Assembly: GCA_951406725.2 (NCBI GenBank)
Contig: OX597817.1
Span: 154,380,001 to 154,444,000, forward strand
Length of the DNA: 64,000 nt
DNA from: Octopus vulgaris
Taxonomy: Eukaryota
Reading direction: 5' to 3'
Each line of letters opens with the position of its first letter. Within the stretch, counting starts at the first letter, position 1. Below, in pieces: positions 53,619 through 64,000 of the stretch. Below the pieces are notes generated by a model. It ran no database searches, was not told where the DNA came from, and was given only the letters and a program-made list of their open reading frames with translations. The translations under genes and the position numbers were made by a program.

Positions 53619-53809
53619 AGAGTTCACGAAAAAACAAAAGACGAAGACAGGTGGCGTACAAAACAAACAGATGTATTAGTATAACGCTCAGGAATTGAAA
53701 GTCTTTTACGTTTCAAGCCTACGCTCTTCTACAGAAAGGGACACAGAGAAAAAAAAACAAGGAGAGAAAAAATGTGTGTAGTGGCTACCTACCGATCTAA
53801 CATGGCGAC

Positions 53810-53810
<1 letters not shown>
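53615..53810 (-). mobile_element. PLE-like fragment in (TA)n with a hammerhead-like motif (53701-53742)
   Basis: Reverse complement of the 25116-25329 family; (TA)n on both sides. Confidence 0.7.
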
Positions 53811-53887
<77 letters not shown>

Positions 53888-54234
53888 GTATGTATGTGTG
53901 TATGTATGTATATATACGCATGCACATACATACAACCTGCTATATAAACAGAAGATTTAACTCCTAAAGGTGGATATACACCTAACGCACACACCTATAT
54001 GCATACACGCGCAAGATAAATATGAACATATCCACATAATTCTGACTTCAAAAAGAAGGGTTTGCCGTACCCACACGTCCGAGAAACCCTACTTTCTACC
54101 GTCGAGGGCTTATATTCTTCAATATTAGACTATTTACCTTAGTCAATGCACGGTGATCTTTTTTAAGCTTTAAGTTTATAAAATATTACTATTTACAGAT
54201 TGTAAAATTCGACATTGCTTACCAAATAATCGAA

Positions 54235-54320
<86 letters not shown>

Positions 54321-54427
54321 GTAGGTAGGTAGGTAGGTATGTATGTATGGATTGCTTGTTGCAAAATCAGCGAATGAGTGCTCGCTTGAAATATATAAAT
54401 TGCGAGCAGAAGCGAGCTACTGCCATC

Positions 54428-54508
54428 TCTAGCAGACGAGGTGTCCAGTACTGAAGAGTGGCAGAAATAGCCCGAAACCAGGACTGGTCTGCTGGTCCCG
54501 TCGCTAGA
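54428..54508 (+). ncRNA. Extended type I hammerhead ribozyme
   Basis: ccagta-CTGAAGA-gtggc(agaaata)gccc-GAAA-cca(ggac)tgg-TC^-tgctgg. Stem I extends through gacg/cgtc and tctagc/gctaga. Full consensus core, GUC cleavage triplet at 54487-54489. Confidence 0.85.
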
Positions 54509-54710
54509 AACTGGTAGGGGTTCGCTCCCTTGCTTGCAATTCATCGGCTGCATCTCTGCATCGTTAGCCAGCTAGAGCAGATGTTCTCTTGGGGTTAAAA
54601 AAGCACAGTAGAGTCCGTTCGAACGGACAGCCATGTTGAAGTGGCTACGAAAATTGTTAGTACAGCTACTGCGTTGGTCTCTTAGAGAGATCTTAGAACT
54701 AGCATTTTTG

Positions 54711-54745
<35 letters not shown>

Positions 54746-54752
<7 letters not shown>

Positions 54753-55000
54753 ATTTATAAAGGGCATTATTACACATAAATGCCTCACGCTAAGAGGGAC
54801 ATAAGTCATTACTACCAAAATGACTTATGTCCCTCTTAGCGTGAGGCATTTATGTGTAATAATGCCCTCTATACAATATAAATTAATATTTTCAAAAGAA
54901 AAAAATTATTTTCGAATTTTTTCTCTTATGAGGTTTTTCACGCTAACTACCTGATAATTTCTTAAGATTCCTTATCAAGAAGTTATCCTTAATTGTTAAA
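54746..55000. mobile_element. Fold-back insertion in (TA)n, probably a PLE-type inverted end
   Basis: Perfect 50-bp arms 54761-54810 and 54819-54868 with an 8-nt loop. Confidence 0.55.
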
Positions 55001-55330
55001 TATATATATATTTATATATTTCTAGCGAGCACACAGTCGCTGATTTTGCAAAAAAGCAGTCCATCCATCCATCCATCCATCCATCCATCCATCCATCAAT
55101 CCCTCCATCCATCCATCCATCCATCCATCAATTCCTCCATCCATCCATCCATACATACATACATACATCCATGCATCCATCCATCCATCCATACATACAT
55201 ACATACATACATACATACATACATACATACATACATACATACATACATACACACACATATGTCGATTATTTGGTAAGCAGTGTCGAATTTTACAAAAGCT
55301 GCAAAAACATCACAAAGATGTCACAAAAAA

Positions 55331-55378
55331 CTAAACTGCTATTCAGAGTTTCACGTTCCCGTTCGTCGGACAGTTTAG
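55331..55378 (-). ncRNA. Hammerhead ribozyme variant
   Basis: Minus strand reads ctaaactgt-CCGACGA-acg(ggaa)cgt-GAAA-ctc(t)gaa-TA^-gcagtttag; 9-bp stem I, U4C core change, one mismatch in stem III. Confidence 0.65.
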
Positions 55379-55408
55379 ACTGAGATGTTTCTGTGATGTT
55401 TTTGCTTC

Positions 55409-55556
<148 letters not shown>

Positions 55557-56080
55557 GGCTTCTCATCTTAATTGATTGGAAGTGTTATCATGTACATTGT
55601 TTTGTCTTGGTATAAAAGATGGGCTAACAGCAAATATTCTGCTCAAAACCACAGATTTGCTTGTCAGTTGTTTGACTTTAACCAGTTGAGCATGTCCCTT
55701 AGTGGCTGACGATATGTGCATCTCTGATCACGGGCAGGAGTAGTGGGGGAACATCATAGCCGTGTGTGTGAAAAGAATTCTTGGAGGTTTGGATAATTCA
55801 CCTCTGGAAACATGGGTGATTCGTTCTACATCCTTAAACAATCCTTATTCAGGGACCTTTTGAGCGGGATGGGCTACTCGACCAGAAGAAAATTCTAACT
55901 GGGCCCCACCTGCAAGGTCATGCGCTATTTATCTTGATATAAGATCACTATATCGCGCACATATGGTTGTGATGTATGTGCCTAGTGTACCCTTATCAGG
56001 CGGGTAGTCATGATGGGTATACTGGGCTTCGTATATTTTACCCCAGTGTCATTTTGATGGCATGCACTGCTCTCTCACTC
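55557..56080 (+). mobile_element. Unclassified non-coding repeat inserted in (AAT)n
   Basis: (AAT)n on both sides; an inverted partial homolog lies at about 15610-15700. Confidence 0.55.
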
Positions 56081-56541
56081 AATAATAAAGCATATTACTC
56101 TAGATCCGGTATTCTTGTACTATTTTCCCCACCTTGTTTCACATTTATGTGCTTACTTGGGTACACATACATATGGGTACAGCGTCAGCTAGTCATCATT
56201 TTGTAGAATGTGATATTTTAGCGACAGCAGTTACAATGTGGATCAGTGCTGTCAGGATACTCAGGCGGTTCAAACTTTGTATGACCGACATGAATTTGTA
56301 ATCTCTACTGGCAGTAGGAATTATATAGTTAGTCTGCCATTGTGCGTGACCCAGCTCGACCTAGGGGGATATATCCGGGTTATTGCTGACTAATGGCTGG
56401 GAATTTAGTAACAAGACGCAGCTTATTGGTAATGTTAAGACAGGTTAGTTTACATATAAATGGAACGTGCGAGCTAGTGAAGTTTGTGCGCATATTAAAC
56501 ATACATATGTGTGTGTATTCAAATAGATCTCTGTGTGTGTT

Positions 56542-56591
<50 letters not shown>

Positions 56592-56630
56592 AAAGTTCAT
56601 AAGCTGACCAAGATGCTCTCATAAAAAGTG

Positions 56631-56945
56631 ACCAAAGCCTTGTGAGTGGATTTGGTGGACGGAAATTGAAAGAAGCCCGACGTATATATGTATGTGTGTG
56701 TATGTGTGTGCGTGTGTGTGTGTTTGTGTGTGTGTGTGAGTCGGTGTATGTGTGTGTCGGTGTCTGTGTTTTTCCCCCCAACATCGCTTGACAACCGATG
56801 CTGGTGTGTTCACGTCCCCGTAACTTAGCGGTTCGGCAAAGAGACCGATAGAATAAGTACTAGGCTCCCAAAGAATAAGTCATGGGGTCGATTTGCTCCA
56901 TGGCCACATTCAAATGACTGAAACGATTAAAATAGTAAAAGAGTA
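56631..56945 (+). mobile_element. SINE family B fragment nested in the mariner
   Basis: gaccaaagccttgtgagtgg...caaatgactgaaac. Confidence 0.8.
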
Positions 56946-57039
56946 ATAGAGCAGATATGGCGTGATCATCACTGCGATACTGGTTTTCAGTCAAGTATTT
57001 TTCATGTTTGGGAACAGATGATCGCCATATATATAGGGC

Positions 57040-57801
57040 CAAGTCCTAATGAAACAAGACCCCTTTCGTCAGTTTTCCTGGGCGTTTAGTCTTGATAGCC
57101 TTTTGTAGCTGCCTCAGCAAGTTGGCATAGTACTCTTCATTGATGGCATGGCTCTTTTGAAAATAGTCAATAAACGCAACACCCTTTGCATCTCAAAAAC
57201 ACTGAGCCCATCACGTACCCTGCAGATTAAATGACCTTGGCCTTCTTTGAAGCGGGTGAGAATGGGGGTTTCCACTGCATGGATTGTCTCTTTGTCTCTA
57301 GCTCAAACTGATGGACCCACCATACATCTTGCCATAAGAAACGCTCAAAGAAGACAGCTGAATCTACCACAATGGATGTCAGAGTTTTCCCGTGATGTGA
57401 TCAGCTTGTTACGCTTTTGGACGGGTGTCGGAAGACTTGGTACCCTCCGAGCAGAAACCTTCGTTATACGGAGTTCATTATGCCGTATATTCTCAACTCA
57501 CGCACGGGATATGCTAATAACAATGGCTATTTGATTTATAGTCAATCACTTCTCATCCATCAGCATATGGTGAACACGATTAATGTTTTCTTCGGTGATG
57601 GCCACTGCAGGACGTTCAGAACGAAAGGGCATCTTCAAGACTCTCCGTTCCCCTCTTAAATTCAGCTGCCCACTTTTGTACTATTGATAAAGTCGAAGCG
57701 TCATCACCTAATGTGGGAAGCATGTCAGCATGAATACCTTTGAGGGCTAAACCCTTTTTCTGCAAGTGCTAGATAACAGCACGATGCCAAATTTTGTCCA
57801 T
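57040..57801 (-). pseudogene. Mariner transposase pseudogene
   Basis: MDKIWHRAVI*..., VHQFELETKRQSMQWK, KKAKVI*SAG, IDYFQK, YYANLLRQL, KRPGKLTKGVLFH; contains stops and frameshifts. Confidence 0.88.
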
Positions 57802-57883
57802 TTTCAAGAGAAGTCGCTACTAGTTACTTTTGAAGTCGAATCATCCCCCGAGGGTAAAATTGGGTAAATAGAAACAATATAAC

Positions 57884-58265
57884 GGAAGCACTCCGTCGGT
57901 TACGACGACGAGGGTTCCGGTTGATCCGAATCAACGGAACAGCCTGCTCGTGAAATTAACGTGTAAGTGGCTGAGCACTCCACAGACACGTGTACCCTTA
58001 ACGTGGTTCTCGGGGATATTCAGCGTGACACAGAGAGTGACAAGGCCGGCCCCTTGAAATACAGGTACAACAGAAACAGGAAGTAAGAGTGAGAGAAAGT
58101 TGTGGTGAAAGAGTACAGCAGGGATCACCACAATCCCCTGCCGGAGCCTCGTGGAGCTTTAGGTGTTTTCGCTCATTAAACACTCACAACGCCCGGTCTG
58201 GGAATCGAAACCGCGATCCTATGACCGCGAGTCCGCTGCCCTAACCACTGGGCAATTGCGCCTCC
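57884..58265 (-). mobile_element. SINE family A nested in an older SINE within the mariner
   Basis: Full copy; TSD approximately gaaaYaatata. Confidence 0.9.
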
Positions 58266-58644
58266 TTTGAAATAATATAGAAGCCCGTCCAATGGACTAC
58301 ACCCATAATTAAAAGGTCCAGCCTTGTCACGCAGTGTATTCCACTGATTCCGCCTAAGTATAACGTTAAGAGCAGTTACATTTGAAGTCTTCTTTGAACA
58401 GTCAGATGTCGGTTCACCTGGAAAAAAAAAAAACAACACAGTTATAAATAAGAAGAGTTGAAATCAATGCATGCAAGTTTTCACAGCTCTTACATCACTC
58501 CTTCATAGTCAGCCTATGAACTTTTCAGCATACCCAGTGTACGGCATCTCGAACAAATGTCTTTTACAAATGCTTCGGGTCGAATCATGCCCCGAGGGTA
58601 AAACTGGGTAGACAAAAACTATATGGAAGCCCGTCGAATGGATT

Positions 58645-59066
58645 ATACCTATTTCTTTACTACTCACAAGGGGCTAAACACAGAGGGGACGAACAAGGAC
58701 AGTCAAATGGATTAAGTTGATTATATCAACCCCAGTGTGTAACTGGTACGTATTTAATCAACCCCGAAAGGATAAAAGGCAAAGTCGACCTCAGCGGAAT
58801 TTGAACTCAGAATACGAAGACAGACGAAATACCTGTTTCTTTATTACCCACAAGGGGCTAAACACAGAGGGGACGAACAAGGACAGACAAATGGATTAAG
58901 TTGATTATATCGACCCCAGTGTGTAACTGGTACGTATTTAATCAACCCCGAAAGGATGAAAGGCAAAGTCGACCTCGGCGGAATTTGAACTCAGAACGTA
59001 GCGGCAGACGAAATATCGCTAAGCATTTTGCCCGGCGCGCTAACGTTTCTGCCAGCTCGCCGCCTT
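58645..59066 (-). mobile_element. SINE C dimer
   Basis: 184-bp period; TSD ccgtcgaatggatt(atacc) at 58631 and 59067. Confidence 0.88.
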
Positions 59067-59450
59067 CCGTCGAATGGATTATACCAGTAATTAAAAGATC
59101 CAGTTTTGCCACACGATGTATCCCACTGATTCCACCAGAACACAACGTTAACAGTACCCGTGTCGTGGGCAAATTCAGCCACTTGCAGTTTAATTAAATG
59201 CGGTTAATAGTTCAGATATTTGAATAACTGTAATTTAATGGTAAAGTATTCTGAGTATCCTGACAGAGATCCCTTTATTTGTATTTATTCTATTATTATA
59301 TTTTTTCTTATTCATATGTTTTGACTTTTCTTTTTAATTTTTTTTTTCTATTTGTTCATTAATGTTTTTATTAGTTCGACGCACTATATTCAAAATCAAT
59401 CACTGCTTATAGGCGGTTCCCAAACACCGTAGTAAGTCAACCATCAATAT

Positions 59451-59500
<50 letters not shown>

Positions 59501-59559
59501 GTGTGTGTGTGTGTGTATGTATTTATGTATATAAATGTGTGTGTGTGTATTTATATATC

Positions 59560-59861
59560 ACCGTCACCGTGACCAACCAGACTATCAGATGTTGCTACAC
59601 ATCGCTGGTCACAATGCGCTTCGCATTCTTTTAGCCTTCAAATGACGCCACCCCGCTGGCTAAGCGAGCAGGCCAACAGAAGAAAGAGTGGGTGAAAGAG
59701 TGGTGAAAGAGTACAGCAGGGATCGCCACCATCCCCTGTCCGAGCCTCGTGGAACTTTAGGTGTTTTCGCTCAATAAACACTCACAACGCCCGGTCTGGG
59801 AATCGAAACCGCGATTCTACAACCACGAGTCCGTTTCCCTAACCACTGGGCCATTGCGCCT

Positions 59862-59863
<2 letters not shown>
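59560..59863 (-). mobile_element. SINE with the family-A head but a different 3' tail (OR2-like)
   Basis: 59700-59863 matches the family A 5' half; 59560-59690 is an unrelated tail ending (cggtga)n. Confidence 0.8.
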
Positions 59864-59924
<61 letters not shown>

Positions 59925-60320
59925 AATTAATAAATAAAACATATATGTATATATACATACATATACATACATACATATATGTACGTACCTACCTCTACAT
60001 GTATATATACATGTATGCATGCATGCATGCATGCATGTATGTATGTAAATATGTATGTATGTATGTATGTATGCATGCATGTATGTGTGTATGTATGTAT
60101 GCATGCATGTATGTATGTATGTATGTATGTATGTATGCATGCATGCATACATGTATGTATGTATGTATGTATGTATGCATGCATGCATGCATGTATGTAT
60201 GAATGTATGTATGTATATATGTATGTATGTAAGTATGTATGTATGTATGCATGCATGCATGCATGTATGTATGTATGTATGTATGTATGTATGTATGTAT
60301 GTATGTATGTATGTATGTAT
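59864..60320. repeat. (TA)n and (ATGT/ATGC)n compound microsatellite
   Basis: Direct observation. Confidence 0.95.
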
Positions 60321-60530
60321 ACAGTGGTTGACTGGCCAGGTTGTCAGCTTGCCCGATGGCAAGTGGGCCCCTGCGCCATTAGAATCCATATAGGGGGGGG
60401 GGGCTGCTAGTATTTACGGTTCTCAAGTTTGAGAATTTTTTAATTCACTCCTGGAAGAATGCATTAATTATTTCAGCCTTGCTGTGTTTGTAGACAGTTG
60501 AAAAAAATACTTTTAACAAACAAAAATGAA

Positions 60531-60693
60531 AGCAGGAGTGGCTGTGTGGTAAGTAGCTTGCTAACTAACCACATGGTTCCGGGTTCAATCCCACTGCGTG
60601 GCATCTTGGGCAAGTGTCTTCTGCTATAGCTCCGGGCCGACCAATGCCTTGTGAGTGGATTTGGTAGACGGAAACTGAAAGAAGCCTGTCGTA

Positions 60694-60743
<50 letters not shown>

Positions 60744-60976
60744 TGTGTGTATATATGTTTGTGTGTCTGTGTTTGTCCCCCTAGCATTGCTTGACAACCT
60801 ATGCTGGTGTGTTTATGTCCCCGTCACCTAGCGGTTCGGCAAAAGAGACCGATAGAATAAGTACTGGGCTTACAAAGAATAAGTCCCGGGGTCGATTTGC
60901 TCGACTAAAGGCGTTGCTCTAGCATGGCCACAGTCAAATGACTGAAACAAGTAAAAGAGTAAAGAGTAAAGAGAGA
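60531..60976 (+). mobile_element. SINE family B
   Basis: Full copy with (aaagagt)n tail. Confidence 0.88.
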
Positions 60977-61614
60977 GTTGCGGGTGGGTCACCTTAGTCT
61001 CCTGGCAACCAAAATTTTTAGACCCACTCCGCCACTATGTCTGTGTGTGTGTGTGTGTTTGTAAGCAATAATCCTTGTTAAAAGCAACGTCTTTCAATGT
61101 TACGCACCATCGTTTGCTAAGTAAGAGTTTCATCAATCATCTTTATCATCATCAAAGTTGCAATTTTTTCACTTGAATTCTTTTTTTATCTTTTCAATAT
61201 ACGCCGTTCAGTATTGATTTTGAATGTCCGAATATACACGTGTGTGCCTGTGAGGGAAAATAACAGTCTATTCCCCGTATTTATTCCATTTACTTAATAT
61301 TTAACGAATAATATTTTGTTTTAAAACTGCTGCTTGAGCACAACGTAACCATGAAATTAAAAACAGATTTCCATGGCGAATAGTGCATATCATTATAATT
61401 ACATGAATGTTTTTCTAGTTACACATCTCCAGTTGAAATCTCAGTGCATTGTGTTCCAAAGTTTAGATCTTATACAGTATACACACATACACACCTGTGT
61501 GTGTTTAAAGATATATGTGTGTGTGTGTGTATGTACGTATACGTTTATATGCATGTATATATTTATAATACAGGTGTATATATTACAGACACATATGAAT
61601 TATAATATATATCA

Positions 61615-62016
61615 CTAGCAGTATCGCCCGGCGTTGCTCGGGTTTGTAAGGGAAATAACTATATAAGCATTTTTAGAGAGTTATAGCCAAAAAATAGCAA
61701 AAAAATGCATTAATAATGGAAAAAAAATTATGGTAAACTTTTTTTTAAATCGATGACTCATCGTAGACATTTTTAGAGAGTTTCTTCCCTTATATAATAG
61801 CGAAAAAATGCATTAAAATGGAAAAAAATGATGGTAATTTTTTTTTTAAATCGTAGACTCATCGTAGACGCGCGCTAATACCCAGATGGGCTCGATATGA
61901 ATAACGACTATAAGATACCCGGTTTTGGTTAAACTGCACCGCAAAATGTGGGAGTAGTTAGGAATCTAAATCGTAGGAGACAGACACTCACACAACTTGA
62001 CTTTTATATATAAAGA
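61615..62016 (-). mobile_element. Non-autonomous Helitron
   Basis: Full copy of the same family. Confidence 0.88.
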
Positions 62017-62810
62017 TATACAAACTTCAACATAAAACAATATCTGGAAAATCTATATAATTATGCATCAAAATAGAAATAACATTTGGAGAGAGTGGAT
62101 TTTCTATGACAGACGTATGCTAGTATGGTTCTAATAGCGCTGCTGGAAGAAAGGGACGGAATTTGGCTTTGGATTGAGGTTTCGGGGTGTTAGATTGGTT
62201 AATGGCTTGGTTGTATTAGGAAGAGGAAGGAAGAGAGGAAAGCATACGTACATGTATGTGTGCGTGAGCGCGCCCATTTAGGTGGAGACGGACGTGAGGG
62301 GTTACAGGGATGTATATCGTTGAAAGATCAGCCTGTGGTCTGCGTAGGTATCGGTGGTTAGAAACCCTGTCCTTGATTGTTGGTTAGCTAGAGTTGAGGT
62401 GCAGTCAATGTTAAGGTGGTATATCTGGGTCGTCGGTGGCTAGTGGTTTGAAGTTCACCAGAAGATTGTACCTCTTATGGCAGCAATAAGATGGTTCGTA
62501 TTTCCTCTTGATAGATACAATAGGCTGATAGAGAATATGCAATCTTTCACGGAGACAGAGCTGGCAATTTCAGGCTGCAGGCTAGGAATGTGGGTAGGGG
62601 GTTCGTTCCGGAGGTCACGAAGTATCCTAGGAAACGAGACGAAGAGATGTAATTCTCTCTACTCCTGCATCTAAGCGAATGCATATGTTATATGTACCTT
62701 CCCTTGACGTCGCTGGCAGTCACACCCGCGTCGTGCCTTGTGATGCCATCGGATGGTGTATGAGGATGGCTCTTTAGTCTACAGTCCTTGAGTAGCAAGA
62801 TATATATATA

Positions 62811-63069
62811 GTGTGAAGGGGCTGATAGAAAGAATATATATATATATATAAATTTTGTGTGACTCTATTATTTTTTCTATTCTTTCATTCTTTCCTTCTT
62901 TCTATCAGCCCCTTCACACTCTCTTTGTTCATTTCACTCTTCGTTCTTTCGTCCCCACTCTCTCACATTTCCTGGCCTTCTCTTCATGCTCATCTTCCTT
63001 CCTCTTTCACTTCACTCTGTCCCTTTCATCTTTTCTCGCCCCTCCTTAATTCTTCTATCCCTCTGCCTC

Positions 63070-63106
<37 letters not shown>

Positions 63107-63600
63107 CCCACGTGACCGGTGTTCGGCCAGGCCTGACCTTTCTTTCCTGGTTCGATTACCATCCGTGCAACATCCATATTGCTCCCTGTGTCTGTCAAAT
63201 CTAATGTCCCTGCTATAAGGCTTTACTTCCACACACACCAGCTTAATCTAATTCGTCCTTACTTGAAAGACACCCGTTGTTAATGTCCTGATATTTGTAT
63301 TTGTGTACCATTTCTCCGTTTTCTTTCGTCTTTGTTTTCGTATACATTCGCTGCTTTCTTCCAAGGAATCTGTGCTCTTAGGTTAGTTTTTCCTTGGGGC
63401 AGGCCAGATTGGAGCAATCTCGAGTATAACTAACCGAAATTGCAAAGATAACATGGAACTCGACTGAGGAAAGAAAACTCCGAATGATCCGTCCTTATTG
63501 TTTTTTTTTTTTTTTGTATCGTCTGTCTGGATGTTTTGTTATCCCTTTTTTGTATCACCTGTCCGGAAGTTTTGCGTTCTTGTCCCATTTTGGTATTATA
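62811..63600 (+). mobile_element. Probable PLE-like terminal repeat with a short inverted 5' copy
   Basis: 62811-62834 is the reverse complement of 62897-62920; CT-rich body; bounded by TA runs. Family not identified. Confidence 0.4.
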
Positions 63601-63616
63601 TATATATTCATATATG

Positions 63617-63800
63617 TGTAAAATAATATGTGACAATTATTCAATAGCCAAGATAAAACTCTGAGTTTCGGATGCCGAGGTGGAAATCTACAACACCATC
63701 TCTTAAGAGAATAATTGTCACATATTATTTTACAGATAAATTTCCTCTATTTACATAATATTGAGGTCTTTTTCTTTCCTTTGTTATCTTACCGTTTTTA

Positions 63801-63804
<4 letters not shown>
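63617..63804. mobile_element. PLE-like inverted terminal fragment with a degenerate minus-strand hammerhead (63653-63712)
   Basis: 26-bp inverted repeat 63617-63642/63709-63734; minus strand CTTAAGA-gatg...catc-c-GAAA-ctc(a)gag-TT; flanked by TA repeats. Confidence 0.55.
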
Positions 63805-63832
<28 letters not shown>

Positions 63833-63880
63833 ACTTCAAAGCTACTGTCAACACTGTCATTGTGTGTATATATATATATA

Positions 63881-64000
63881 CTAGCAGTATCGCCCGGCGT
63901 TGCTCGGGTTTGTAAGGGAAATAACTATAAAGCATTTTTAGAGAGTTATAGCCCAAAAATAGCAAAAAAAAAAAGGAAAAAAATGATGGCAAATTTTTTT
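63881..64000 (-). mobile_element. Non-autonomous Helitron (cut by the window edge)
   Basis: ctagcagtatcgcccggcgttgctcggg 3' end. Confidence 0.85.

Larger units (their letters stand above)
56588..58541 (-). mobile_element. Decayed mariner (Tc1/mariner) transposon with nested SINEs
   Basis: TIR remnants gaaagttcataagctgac (56591) and gtcagcctatgaacttttc (58509). Confidence 0.8.

Noticed and set aside
59817-60410. Long low-complexity ORFs here and at other microsatellites and SINEs (e.g. the repeated MVVIPAVLFHHN ORF)
   Set aside because: Artefacts of stop-free simple repeats or of SINE copy number.
60322-61037. Possible MITE with cagtgg.../...ccacta ends
   Set aside because: TIR match is too weak and there is no clear TSD.
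62040-62800. Possible PLE coding remnant
   Set aside because: Only vague similarity; no RT or GIY-YIG motif could be read.
63460-63495. CTGAGGA...CGAA motif
   Set aside because: GAAT instead of GAAA, and poor stems.

Overview
AT-rich animal genomic DNA, almost certainly a coleoid cephalopod (Octopus-type tRNA-derived SINEs; inferred from recalled families). The only host gene is an SLC45/GPH-family proton-coupled sugar transporter on the + strand. Its large first coding exon (13963-15433) is joined in phase across a 33.5-kb intron to a 176-nt exon (48923-49098); the last coding exon is not in the window. The rest is mostly repeats: three abundant SINE families, five Helitron-type elements, RLE (R4/Dong-like) LINEs in (TAA)n arrays, RTE, CR1, Hero and Tx1/L1 remnants, a decayed mariner, and microsatellites. 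The most notable structure found by eye is about 10 hammerhead-ribozyme motifs from at least 5 unrelated Penelope-like families, including an intact extended type I hammerhead in sense orientation at 54428-54508. Also notable: SINE multimers with an identical 184-bp junction, each flanked by one TSD; a splice acceptor built from a LINE-targeted (ATT)n array; and an ORF1-only L1/Tx1-type insertion with a 17-bp TSD in a SINE tRNA head. All calls are from reading the sequence; no searches or folding programs were run.
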